From IMG/VR virus record IMGVR_UViG_2595698293_000001, positions 160,001 through 224,000 of that record: a stretch of DNA of 64,000 nucleotides; one strand, 5' to 3'. The notes beneath the pieces are model-generated. The model saw only the letters and a list, made by a program, of their open reading frames with translations. It was not told where the DNA came from and made no database searches. Positions 46,529 through 58,592 of this stretch are shown piece after piece; within the stretch, counting starts at the first letter, position 1; every line of letters starts with the position of its first letter. This DNA is from a virus. Its lineage: Duplodnaviria > Caudoviricetes. The translations under genes and the position numbers were made by a program.

Positions 46529-49500
46529 TGTCCAACTGCCCACATTGCAATAAAGAATTAAAAATTGACTCCTGTGTATATAATAATGTTGAGACTTATG
46601 GTAAATCCGCATTAGCAACATCTAAATGTTGTGGGCGTGCTGTGGTGGTTTCTCGTGTAGTCAACTTTGGTATCAGTGCTTATAATGGTGAACGAACTGA
46701 AGATGATTGGGGTAACAGTATTCTACCAAAATCTAATGTACCACAAAGCAATATCAATGATGAACTTGCTATCAATGTTGTTGAACTTCTAAAATCAGAT
46801 AGACGATATGAAGCACTTGAAGTTATTCGCAGCATCAAAAATCCACTGACTGCTGGTTGGCTTGTACAAGAAGTATTAAATGAATTAAATGTTCCGAGTC
46901 GTACACAAACAAAAAACTGGCTAATTAATGCTCTTTATAATGGTAAATGATTATGTTTGAATTATACAGATTCGCTGGAATTGCTATTGTTTTATTGGGA
47001 TTTATGTATATTTTAATTTGCCTTTTGTTGAAATTTTTCAAATACAATACATTATTGAATAAAATTTTTCCAAAAGGAATTGATGACATAGACAGAGACT
47101 GTTGTTTAATTGCTTTTTCTATATTTGGATTATGTTCGTTGTTTTTTGATATATCGGTACCAACGGCGTGCGTAAGTGCATTTCTTTCTTCTATAATTTT
47201 GTTTGTATTAATTGTATGTTTAGCAATTAATGTGCTAATTTCATTTCATAAAAAATTACCAGAAAGGTAATATTGTAGTACTAAAAAAAATAAAAACCAA
47301 AAGACCATTTTAATATAAGTGGTCTTTTCATATTATAAGGGATAATTATGTTGATCAAAGAAACTGGTAGTAAAATTAATTTTATTGATGTAAACGATGT
47401 ATACGTAGGATATGATATTAGCCAGTCCTGTTGTGAACACGCTGGTTGGTTTATTCATCCAATGCAATGTGAATCACCATATATTGAGGAATATGGTGAT
47501 TCATACAGTGGTATTGTTAATAAAGAATTTGATTTAAATGGATTTGTATTTGATACTAAGTTTGTTGAATACTCAACCAAAGATACAGATTCTGGTGCAA
47601 TGGTTATTTTCCGCATGGTTAAAGGTAATAATCAATTGTTTTTGCATCTATTCAATGTCCATAACGGATACTATGGTCATGGTTTTGATACCAATCTTCC
47701 ATGTGGGAATGGTTGTTTGTAAGAAATTAATATTAAGGTTGACTTCGGTCAACCTTTTTGCTATTATGTAATTACAATTGTATACCGAGGATATTTAATA
47801 TGTTCGCATTGCAAAATAAAAATACTAAACAGATAATGAAAGTATCTTATTATTTCACGAATAGTGATGCAGGGGTAGAATTTGATTCACAGGGTGATTA
47901 TTTTTATTTAGAAAATGATCGTGAAGAACTGGAAAAACTACTTGAATTCTATCGTGAAGAAGGTAAAATAACACAGTTTGATGATTATCCAGAATGTGGG
48001 GTAGGAGAGTTGGATGGTTACGAAATAGTTGAAATTGAATTGGTAGTTAAATGAAAACACATTAGGAATTATATCATGAAAAACATCATCAAAAAAGATT
48101 CAGGCGGTTATTCTGTAGTACTGAACGGTATTATTATCGGTGACGCAACAACTATGAAAGAAGCACGCAATATGATTGCTCAATACAAACGTAAACTTAA
48201 ATACTCAAATTTAGTTCATAAGTATACTAAATTTTCCAACGATTTTAAGTCGAAATAAAAATATGAAAATTCAATTAAGTACTACACTACAAGACACAGA
48301 AAACAAAGATAATATTGAGGTACAAATTTTAGTTGATGTATCAAAACATGACACAGTACTGATTAATATTGATGGTAAAACTTTTAAGTTAACAGATATT
48401 GAACGTATCATTGATTGTGCTGATAAATTAGTTAATTTAAGTACCGAATTCAAAGAAGAATATAGTGAAGAAGTATCTGATTTAAAATATTTTGATATTG
48501 ATTTCTTTAATCAACAGGGTGAACACAATAAAGTAACGCTTTTAGCAAAAGATCCTGCTCAAGCTGTGGTATCTTTCTATGGTTCTGCTCATGCGGAACT
48601 CCACCCAAACTCTACAATTGTCAGCGTAATGCTGAAAAAATATTGACAGTATGGTTTTCTTTTGATATTATGTATACATGTTGAGTGTACTGAGGATTTA
48701 ATCATGCATGGTGTATTGACTTCACAAAGTATGAAAGTTGTATTCAAAGGTGAAGATGAAATCAGTTTAGAATCTGAGATTGTTCAAGAATGTCGCAGCT
48801 TTTCTGAGTTTAAAGACTTAGATATTCATACACACGGTGATTATTTTCATCACTATACAATCCAGTACAGTACTAATAGTATTGAACCGAAAAACTTTGC
48901 ACCACAAATTATGAAAGCAGCACTGCTATTGATTTCAATTGCAACAAAACGTGGATTAGTACTAGTTAATTTATAATAGTGTTTGACAAATCTTAATGAC
49001 TGCGGTACTATATCTATGTACCGCAAAACAACAAATTTTAATCTAAGGATATAAACATGAACGTTACTTTCCATAAAACTGCTAACCACAAACATGAAAT
49101 TCACATCAATGGTTTTAAAGCTGGTCTTATTCAACTTCTATCACATCATCCTGATCATAAAGTTAATGATGAACAGCGTATGGATTGGCGTGTATTCTTT
49201 TGGGGAAAATATCAACAATTCCAAATGGATTATCGTGCAGTAGGTATCTGGCCTCAGACTCGCGGTTGCAATAGTGATATCTCTCTGAATAAAATGAAAA
49301 AAGATTTGGAATTTCTTTTGCAAAATAATATCGATATTGTTCTTCCTAAAAAGTATTTTGAAGATAAAGGATATGTATTCGCCCATTTCAATGACGGCGA
49401 TATCTATACTATTGATACTGAATATCAAGATAAATGGACAGAATATTTCCATATCGGAGGAAAACATCATCTGTTTGCATCTGAACACGAACTGACTGAA

Positions 49501-49645
49501 CGCGTACAAAAACTGTTTGATTATGAAAAACGTAATTACGCTGGTAAACCCCACTTATTGAGTGAAAATAAAATCCTGGATATTGAATATCGTATGGTAA
49601 ATGCAATGTTCGATACTTCTTATTATAATAGCATTAAGGATTAAC

Positions 49646-50233
49646 ATGTTAGTTAAACTACATTTTGATTTAGAAAAAATGAATGCTGAAGGTGCCAGAA
49701 ATGGCACCTCGTATGAAGTAATCGATCATGATGGAAAGTATGCTCATATTGTGAAAGTAGATTATTCTCATTCATTGTGGAATGGTTTTGGTGCAGAAGG
49801 TGTTCATGATATTGATTTCTTAATTGAACATCAACCTGGTGTATATGAAACTCTAAGTGCAAACTTTCATTTAGAGATCGAAGAAACACAAATGAAAATT
49901 TGTGATAAGGATAACATTACCACAAACGGTGAAGTACTTGGATACGATGAATATGAACCGTATAGTACTGAATTCTTACCAAGTTATGGTGTATGTGATA
50001 ACATCGAACAAGTATTAGAACTCTATAAACCTTGTATTGTCCATAGTACTAATAAATTTGTTATTTCATTGACACCGATATATAAAAATACACAACCAGA
50101 ATTACATGGCTGGCGTTGGCATAAATGGGGTGAGTATATTGGTACTCAAGAAATTACAACCGAATACATTGCTGATGAACCACTAATTGAAATGGTATAT
50201 TGCTTCCATATCTATTGTGTAGAAGAAAAATAA
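49646..50233 (+). CDS. hypothetical protein, GWRWHKWG family
   Basis: SYGVCDNIEQVL...QPELHGWRWHKWGEYIG; ATG 49646 has an AAGGA SD. Confidence 0.7.
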   Translation: MLVKLHFDLEKMNAEGARNGTSYEVIDHDGKYAHIVKVDYSHSLWNGFGAEGVHDIDFLIEHQPGVYETLSANFHLEIEETQMKICDKDNITTNGEVLGYDEYEPYSTEFLPSYGVCDNIEQVLELYKPCIVHSTNKFVISLTPIYKNTQPELHGWRWHKWGEYIGTQEITTEYIADEPLIEMVYCFHIYCVEEK

Positions 50234-50716
50234 TAAAAAGGGTTGACATAAGTCAACCCTTTTTGCTATAATAAAATCACATTAATTAAAAGTGATAATC
50301 AATTATGTCAAAATATCGTTCAGTACTTAAAGTAAAGAAAGAAGAAATTAAACCAGAAATGTTTGAAAATAAGAAAAGTTATGAATACTTTATGACTTTG
50401 TATTATGAATTTCGTTGGTTGGAATTATTACGTAAACAAGGTGCAATCATCTTTATGGATGGTGAACCTATGGATAAAAAAGAATTTTTCTCTTTCGGTA
50501 TTGATGATGATGGAACTATGCCACGTCTTGGAACCAGTACTACTAATAATAGTATGACTGTGTATTGTGGTTTTACTTATGGTAACAAACCAAATACAGT
50601 ATTCGTTTATAAGAAAGAGATCAATGAAGCATTGAAAAATATCACTTACGTAGAAAAGAAAGATATTAAAAAATTCACTACTCAAAAATATTCATTTCAA
50701 TAAAGGAATATAAAAT

Positions 50717-51148
50717 ATGTTCCAAAAAGAAACAGTACTTAAAAAAATAGATGAATGTATTGATACTCTTCAATATCATATTTCTGAATCGAACAGTAGT
50801 ACTGAAATTTTAGATCATACTTCAATACTTAATAAAAAAAAGAAAAAGAATTATAAATTGATTCTTTCTGCTCTTGAAGAAATTAAAAGTGGGAACAGAA
50901 ATGAACTTCATGGTATTTGTAACAACTTGTACTTCAAAATGGACAATACCGATATGGTAGAGGAATTTATTAAGTATTCTTTTGATAGAATTTATGGAAG
51001 TAATCATGATTATCCAATTGAGGGTTCTAGATTTCACTATCAAATGAATAAAAACAAATGGGACGAATCAACAATACACGGTAAAAATCGATTAAATCTT
51101 TTGGACTCGATGATTCAGTACTGTAAATGTCGATTGCTTTCTATTTAA
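50717..51148 (+). CDS. hypothetical protein, paralog of 46166..46528
   Basis: GNRNELHGICNNL...YPIEGS...RLNLLDSMI. Confidence 0.7.
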   Translation: MFQKETVLKKIDECIDTLQYHISESNSSTEILDHTSILNKKKKKNYKLILSALEEIKSGNRNELHGICNNLYFKMDNTDMVEEFIKYSFDRIYGSNHDYPIEGSRFHYQMNKNKWDESTIHGKNRLNLLDSMIQYCKCRLLSI

Positions 51149-51209
51149 AAATATTAAAATATATGTATCCTCTTTAAATTCTAAATATATTAAAAAGGGG
51201 ATACATTAA

Positions 51210-51890
51210 ATGGTTAAATTATTAAAAACATTAGTTCTTATTACAATATTTTATATTCCATTTGCATTTGGTGATAATAATTGTAATGATAAGTTTCTTA
51301 ATTCAACTCTACCTGATGTTAAATACAATCAACAAATTTGTTATACTAAATTTGTAGTACTATACAATTACAATTATAAAATCCCAATGGTAAGTGCTGA
51401 ATACTTAACGCCAGATGATATCAACGCATCAAGTAAATTGAATAGAAAAGATGCATTCCATTCAGATAAATCCATTCCACCAGAATTTAATCAAACCGTA
51501 GCTATGTATAAAGGCACTGGATATGATAAAGGACATATGACACCAGCAGGTGATATGGATAATGCATTTGATCAATCAGAAAGTTTTAGTTTAGCAAATA
51601 TGACTCCCCAGACTAAAAAGTTAAATGAAATAGTATGGAGAGGAATCGAAGAAAAAGTACGAAATTCTATATTATCTGATGGTGCTGCCTATGTTATTAC
51701 TGGTAGTATAGTTCAGAATGGTTCAAATAGACTTAATACTATTGTCATACCAGATTATATCTATAAAGCAGTATACTTTGTTAATACAAAAAAATCCATT
51801 GTATATGTAGCAAAAAATGATAATTCAGGTGGAGAAGAGGAATTATCAGAAAAAGATTTTGAAGTGAAATATAAAATTAAACTTTTTTAA
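51210..51890 (+). CDS. DNA/RNA non-specific endonuclease (NucA/EndoG family) with signal peptide
   Basis: GYDKGHMTPAGD, NMTPQ..LN..W..E; hydrophobic N-terminus. Confidence 0.88.
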   Translation: MVKLLKTLVLITIFYIPFAFGDNNCNDKFLNSTLPDVKYNQQICYTKFVVLYNYNYKIPMVSAEYLTPDDINASSKLNRKDAFHSDKSIPPEFNQTVAMYKGTGYDKGHMTPAGDMDNAFDQSESFSLANMTPQTKKLNEIVWRGIEEKVRNSILSDGAAYVITGSIVQNGSNRLNTIVIPDYIYKAVYFVNTKKSIVYVAKNDNSGGEEELSEKDFEVKYKIKLF

Positions 51891-51956
51891 TAAAAGGGGT
51901 TGACTTAGGTCATCCCTTTTTGCTATAATCAATGAATCAATTAAAGGAGATACACA

Positions 51957-52400
51957 ATGACTCGTATTAATTTAGTACATGTTAAAGAACTTGCAGATCA
52001 ACATTTGATGGCTGAATACAGAGAGCTTCCACGTGTGTTTGGGGCAGTTCGTAAACATGTACAAGATGGTAAGCGAGTTTCTGATTTCAAAATCAACCGT
52101 ACTTACATCTTAGGTACAGGACATGTGACATTCTTCTATAACAAATTATTGTACTTGCAGAAGCGTCACATTGATATTGTAAATGAATGTTTACGCCGTG
52201 GAATGAAGATTCAAAACACCGACATAAACGACCTCAGTGGTATTCCTACAGCTTTCTGTAATGATTATAACCCATTACCTCATGAGATCGATGTATCTCG
52301 TTCCAGATTGATTGAGAAGATTCAGATGAAGCCTACCTGGTATAAGTTTACCAATGTGGAGTTTCCATCTTATTATATTACTATGTTGGATAAGTACTAA
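51957..52400 (+). CDS. denV: pyrimidine-dimer DNA glycosylase / endonuclease V
   Basis: MTRINL...[37 protein letters not shown] as in T4 DenV. Confidence 0.95.
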   Translation: MTRINLVHVKELADQHLMAEYRELPRVFGAVRKHVQDGKRVSDFKINRTYILGTGHVTFFYNKLLYLQKRHIDIVNECLRRGMKIQNTDINDLSGIPTAFCNDYNPLPHEIDVSRSRLIEKIQMKPTWYKFTNVEFPSYYITMLDKY

Positions 52401-55400
52401 TATAGTGTTTGAATAAAATAAATTAGGTGGTTTTTATACTATGAAATTTAAAAAATTTAATGGTACTGTCTATTCGTGTGACGATATATACTGTAATCCG
52501 TCTTATCATGATGGATTTTTCATCAAAACAAAAGATCATGAAGTACTGAAAGTTTCCTTACAGTGGGAAGAGGGTAGAACAAATAACTATAGATTTGTTC
52601 GAGGTGATAAATTTTCATACACTCCAAAAGATATAATTTGGCCGGATAGTGTAGTTGAAATAGAAATTAAATAAGGTGGAAATTATTATGCCATTTCTCT
52701 TTATGATACTGTACTATTTGATTATTTTTCCATCTTATACTATTGGTGATTTAGTAGAATCAAAATTTGGTAATAAAGTTGGTACCGAGATTAAATGGAT
52801 AGTTGTGCATCTTATTGTTCATTTAATAATCTTTGCGTTATTCATCGCATTACCATTATGGTTGTTTGGTGTAAAAATATTAATAATTGCAATTATTTTT
52901 TTAGTTCTGGAAGTAATATGTTTCTATCTTATTCATAAACATAATTCGAAAAAATGAAAAAAAGGGTTGACTTCGGTCAGCCCTTTTGTTATTATATATA
53001 CATCCAAACGAAACAGGAATTTAATTTAATGAAACTTCAATTCGACGCAATCAGTGCTGGTTCTAAAACAATCACAATCAACTGTGGTTCTATGACTCGT
53101 GAGTTTCTTGAAGAACATAATATCCCATATAAGATGCATTATGACGATATCAAACTTGATATCAATGCAGAAGCAGACGTAGATATCCGTTCCTTTGAAG
53201 ATATCAAGCACTTCTGTAAAAAGTATTGTGCAAACATTACATTCGGTAATGGTACACCTGAAATTGAATTCTACAGCCTCCATGAAGAAGATTTACCATT
53301 ACATTGTTCATGGGATTACAAAGATATACCAGTACAACAATTGCGTGCAATGTATGCATCTTTTATCCAAGAATGTAGTGAAATCAACGGTAGTACCGAA
53401 ATGAATGAAGATGAAAAAGAACAAATGAAACTCTTCGAGGAAACCATCGAATGGGTAAAAGGCCGAAATAAATGAAAGATTCAGTACTGAAATGTTCAGA
53501 CGGTGCTGATTGGTTAGTTGACAGGCTACCAAATGAAGCGTATAATGCAATGAAATCTGAGATTGAATTGTGCGTTCATACTATCTTCCAGAAATATGGA
53601 TATGGTAAAGAATTGCAAGATGCATTCAATGAATCTATTCCAGTTAAATTAGAAAGAAGGAAATAACAATGAATAAGGCACAAGAACTGAAACTCTGTAT
53701 TCAACAACTTTGTACACTTCGTTGTGAAAACCTTCGTGCTATCTATGAAGGGGATGTAATTGAAGTGCAGCGTTGTGAAACTGCAATCGAAGCAAAAGAA
53801 TTTGAAGTCAACCGCTTAATTGATGAACTTTGTGGAGAAAAGAAATGAACGTATTTAAGTTAAAATTCTATGCAAACGATACCCGCCCATTCGGAAAGAA
53901 ATTAGATTATGATCTGTACTTTAATAGTACTGAACTGGCATTAGAGTACCTCAATACTAAAATGCCAGGACATAAAGAAATCACAGAAGAAGTTGTTAAG
54001 CCGTGGTTCACTAATTACAATACTCGCACTTTTACATGGGAAGGTAAACGTTATGATGAAAATGGTGAATGGGATTATCCTGTGGAGTTCACGGTTGAAC
54101 TCGACCAAATTGAAGTAATTCAATCACTAGAGAAATAATATATGCCATTACTACTTTGTCCAGTACTTTTAATATTACTAACAGTTTATTATTTCAATCC
54201 ATTACTAGCTGGTACATTATTTTTATTTTTATTCTGTGCAACAATATATAATATGTTGTTGGTACTATTGTGGTTGATTGGTACTTATATTGTACCACAA
54301 AAATACGAAAACCATTTTGCTGTGGTGATGATTGTTTTATTTGTAGTACTGAATGGTGCATGGATCTGGGCTATCTGGTTTCAATAAAAAAGTTCAGTTA
54401 AGAAATTACTTATCAAAGATAAGAAGAATATTTCTATCCAGATGTGTAAATTTTTTTTACTATATGACATAGGATAATATATAAAATGTATGTTACTGTT
54501 CAAACTAATGATAGAACTCAAGTGTATACTAAAGAGTTTTTAAATAAAGTGGGAATTGTTGAACTAACTCGTCTAGCTTTTGAGCATTATAATGCACAAG
54601 AACAATATGATAATGTTCCACAAAATTATAAGAAAAAAAACAATCTCTTTACTGGTCTTGTAGTAGGTGAAATAGTATGAAAGGAATCAAAGCTAAAAAT
54701 AGTGTCTTATTTTCTTTGATTGATGGAAAATATACATATGAAGTAATGTATGGAACTACTAGATCTGTAGTATTATATATTGATGATGTATTATCATTAT
54801 CAATGAATAAAACTACTATGAATTGTATGACAAATCGTGCTGTTCCATTTTCAGTACTGGAACGTATGCAATCATTTGTCAATAACGTATAGTCTATTCT
54901 ATTACATTAATATTTCTATTATGGAATTATAAATGTGGTGGTTACACCAGAAAAAGAACTGAAAAAAGGGTTGACGAAAGTCAGCCTTTTTGTTAATATA
55001 ATAATCATCTGAAAAACCATTTTAATTTGAGGTATATTATGTCACGTAAAGTTCTTATCAATCGTTTAGCTGAAGCCCTGAATTGCAAACCGCATGAGAT
55101 TCCCCATGTTAATGAACTGACCAGTAATCAAATATACTGGATGATTCAACATGAACGTATGCATAAACGCTATGGTGATTTATATCGTTCAAAATGATCA
55201 TATAAAAGATATAATAATTAATCCAGTACTGACTATTGTGTTATCATATTTGTAGTATTCGAATTGATATATTTTGTGATAAACTCCGTTAAAAAAATAA
55301 ATTATATAAAAGGGTTGACTTATGTCAGCCCTTTTGTTATTATAGTTGTACAACAAATTATTTGGATACTGTTATGAAAGTTATTAAATTAAAGAAACGA

Positions 55401-57377
55401 AAATTCATTAAACAATATAAACGTGATTCGGTTGTATTTCATGTATACTTGTCTGATGGTGTTCCTGGTAGTTTATTGACAAAACAGTATTTTACCGCAG
55501 TACACAATGCTGATGTACGTTATATGGATATAGACAAAAATATTCTCAAATTAAGAGATGATATCAACAACAGTACTGATAAAAAAGTACAAAGAATTGA
55601 AGTAACGATTAATAATAATTTAGGTTACTTCCGTTTGTATCATTTGATTGGGGATAAATTTATTCCTCACCGAGAACTAATGATTCACTGGAATTCGAAA
55701 GGTTTCAATTGTAGATCTCATATGATACAGTACAGGGATAATTGTATTCATCCTATATCTGGAAAACCATATTGTGTATTGTGGTATAAAGATATTATTG
55801 CATATGATTATTATCGTATTTCTGAATCAAGGAGAACCATCGATAATAGTATCCATAAATTTGAATTATTATTGAATGACATTGAATCAGGTAAGTTTAA
55901 TAAACCAACAAAGAACATTAGTTATACTGCACATTGTTTAGATGTTTTTCTTAAAGATTAACAAAGAAAGGGGTTGACTTTGGTCAGCCCTTTTGTTATT
56001 ATATTTGTATATTAAGTCAATGAGGCGTTGTATTATGATTCGTTATGCTCTGCGTCATAGAATTTCCAAACAGTACGTTGGATTTCGTACTGTGCAATGG
56101 GAATTCGGTACTGATATTCATTTGGATTTCGATGATGATTATATTTGGTTGAAAGAAGATCGCACATTAATGGATACACTTATTGAAAATAGAAAGTCAA
56201 GTGATGCATCGTTACAATTGAGTGATTCAGTACTGAAGGCGTTAAAAGATTATAAATTAGAAGTGATGGAAATTAATTTCCCAGATACTGATTGGTGGGA
56301 TGATTAATGATTGTGAAAATACAATTTTAATTTCATAAACTAAATTATCTAAAGGTGAAATAATGCAATACTCTATCTATGCTCGTATGGGAGTTGATTA
56401 TGAATGGAACAGACTTCGTACAGTGTACAATGAAGAGAAAGCAATTGAACTGAAAGAGTATTACGAACAAACATGGCGTATCGTTGAAATTCGTAATGAA
56501 AGCAAATAAGCGTTGACAACATACATCAGTACTGTATAATATATACAATCTTAATCGAAAAGGTAAAAACATAAATGAAAGTTACTCTGACTGGTAGTAC
56601 AATCAATGTAGCAACAATCAAATCAGTACTGGAAAACAATAGCCGAGTATATATTTCACTTCCAATTAATGATGTTTGTGAAATTTTAGTAACTCGTTTG
56701 GAATCGCATTTTAACGGGTATATTAAACAAGATAGTATTGAAGTTAAATACGCCGAACGAGATTGTGGTGAAATCCAGTGTATGGCAACAGAATACTTCA
56801 ACATCAATATGATGGAAAAAGCCGCAATGTCTGCCGTTGAGCGATATAATTCAGAAGATCCATGTGAATTTTCTAATTATTCAGTGGCATTTGAAAATAC
56901 ATTTATTAAAGAATAACAAAATGAAGTCATACCTTTTCCTATAATATAGTATTACTAAAATAGAGAATATTGTATGAAACTTGATTATGCATTAATAAGC
57001 AAAACGTTTAAATTAATATATTTTATTTTTGGTTATAGTAAAAATTCTAATTTTTTTCCAATATTATTTGACCTTGATGAAAATGATATTCACCAAGAAT
57101 ACAATAAAATATTGAATAGAGAGTTACATTTATCAATTAAAGAATTAGTAATTAATAAGTATATTCATTATAAAAATAAAAATTTTGATGGATATTTGCG
57201 AATTATTGGATATGATTTTGATACATCGAACTTAATAGTAAATGCACCTAATAATACAGGAATTTTCCAAATAACTTGGGTGAATTTAAAAATTTTTGAC
57301 AGTATACCATCAAAAAAGGGTTGACGAAAGTCAGCCTTTTTTGTTATAATGTGTTTATTAAGAAAGGAGAAATAAAA

Positions 57378-58148
57378 ATGCATCCTCGTTTAGTTAGAAG
57401 TCAGAAAATCCAGAAAAACTTCGATTCAATGCTCGCAGTACTGGAAAGTATGCTTAAACCAAATAGCCCTATTAATAGCATGATTGTAAGTGGTGCTCCG
57501 GGTATTGGTAAAACATACTCACTCTCTAACCGACTCAATAAAGCACATTCTAATGCTGAATGTAATGTAACTACCGTTAGCGGTAAAATGACTACCCTAG
57601 CACTCTTCGAAGTACTGTACAAAAACCGGTTCAGTACTAATATCATTGTACTTGATGATATGGACAGTATTTTTGATTCAGAAGATGGTATGAATCTGCT
57701 CAAAGCAGTACTTGATACTTCAAAACGTACAGTATCATATATGTCATCTTCTAAGTACTTAAAAGATAATGGTATCCCAAGTACTTTTGATTTTTTTGGT
57801 AAAATTGTATTCATTACAAATAAAGATTTAACACGTATTGCTGCATCTAAAAGCAAACAAGCACCACATTGTCAAGCATTGATTTCTCGTTCAGTGTATA
57901 TTGATCTTGAAATTCAAAGCAAAGAAGATATCATGATTCATATCGAAAATGTTATGCTCAGTACTAACATTCTAGAAAAATACAATGTGAATCAAAATGG
58001 TAGTAACATGATTCTTAATTGGATGCTGAAACACCAGGAACGTCTACAGTCTCCATCATTACGTACACCTGTACTTATTAGTGCTCTGTATAATTCCAAT
58101 CCATATGATTGGGAAGAAATTTGCGAAAATGTTTATCTGGAGAAATAA
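57378..58148 (+). CDS. AAA-type P-loop ATPase
   Basis: Walker A GAPGIGKT, Walker B IIVLDD, sensor ITN; ATG 57378 with AAGGAG SD. Confidence 0.8.
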   Translation: MHPRLVRSQKIQKNFDSMLAVLESMLKPNSPINSMIVSGAPGIGKTYSLSNRLNKAHSNAECNVTTVSGKMTTLALFEVLYKNRFSTNIIVLDDMDSIFDSEDGMNLLKAVLDTSKRTVSYMSSSKYLKDNGIPSTFDFFGKIVFITNKDLTRIAASKSKQAPHCQALISRSVYIDLEIQSKEDIMIHIENVMLSTNILEKYNVNQNGSNMILNWMLKHQERLQSPSLRTPVLISALYNSNPYDWEEICENVYLEK

Positions 58149-58462
58149 TGAAATACAAATGTACGGTGTATAAAGAAGGAATTGTATTCATTGAAGTCTA
58201 TGTAGATGATGATATTTGGTTTGAAGTTGATGAATGTTTTGATACAAATGTATACGTATCAAAAAATGGATATATCTATGAATATAATTTAAATAACGAT
58301 TTTGGTTCAATGCAAGATGATGAATTATTTCAATTGAGTACTGTAAGTCCGATTCCTTTTGACTTAAAAATCATTAGAGAAGCCCATAAACAATTCAGTA
58401 CTATTATAAAAGAAAATTCATCATTATTGTATCATTATATATTAGTAACAGAGGACGAATAA
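58148..58462 (+). CDS. FQxST-motif family protein
   Basis: MQDDELFQLSTVSPIPF. Confidence 0.65.
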   Translation: MKYKCTVYKEGIVFIEVYVDDDIWFEVDECFDTNVYVSKNGYIYEYNLNNDFGSMQDDELFQLSTVSPIPFDLKIIREAHKQFSTIIKENSSLLYHYILVTEDE

Positions 58463-58592
58463 TGAAACCAGAACAATGGATCATCGATGATATGCGTGCT
58501 ATGCGTAAGATTGAAAATAAATCATACGAAGAACAAGCATACTTAGATCTTCTTCAATGGTATGTTAAAGTAATCCAATCAAAGGAATAATT

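Noticed and set aside
45403-57377. ORF starts at 45403, 47758, 52954, 55993, 57321
   Set aside because: These starts lie in or across the hairpin cassettes; downstream ATGs with SD sequences are the likelier starts
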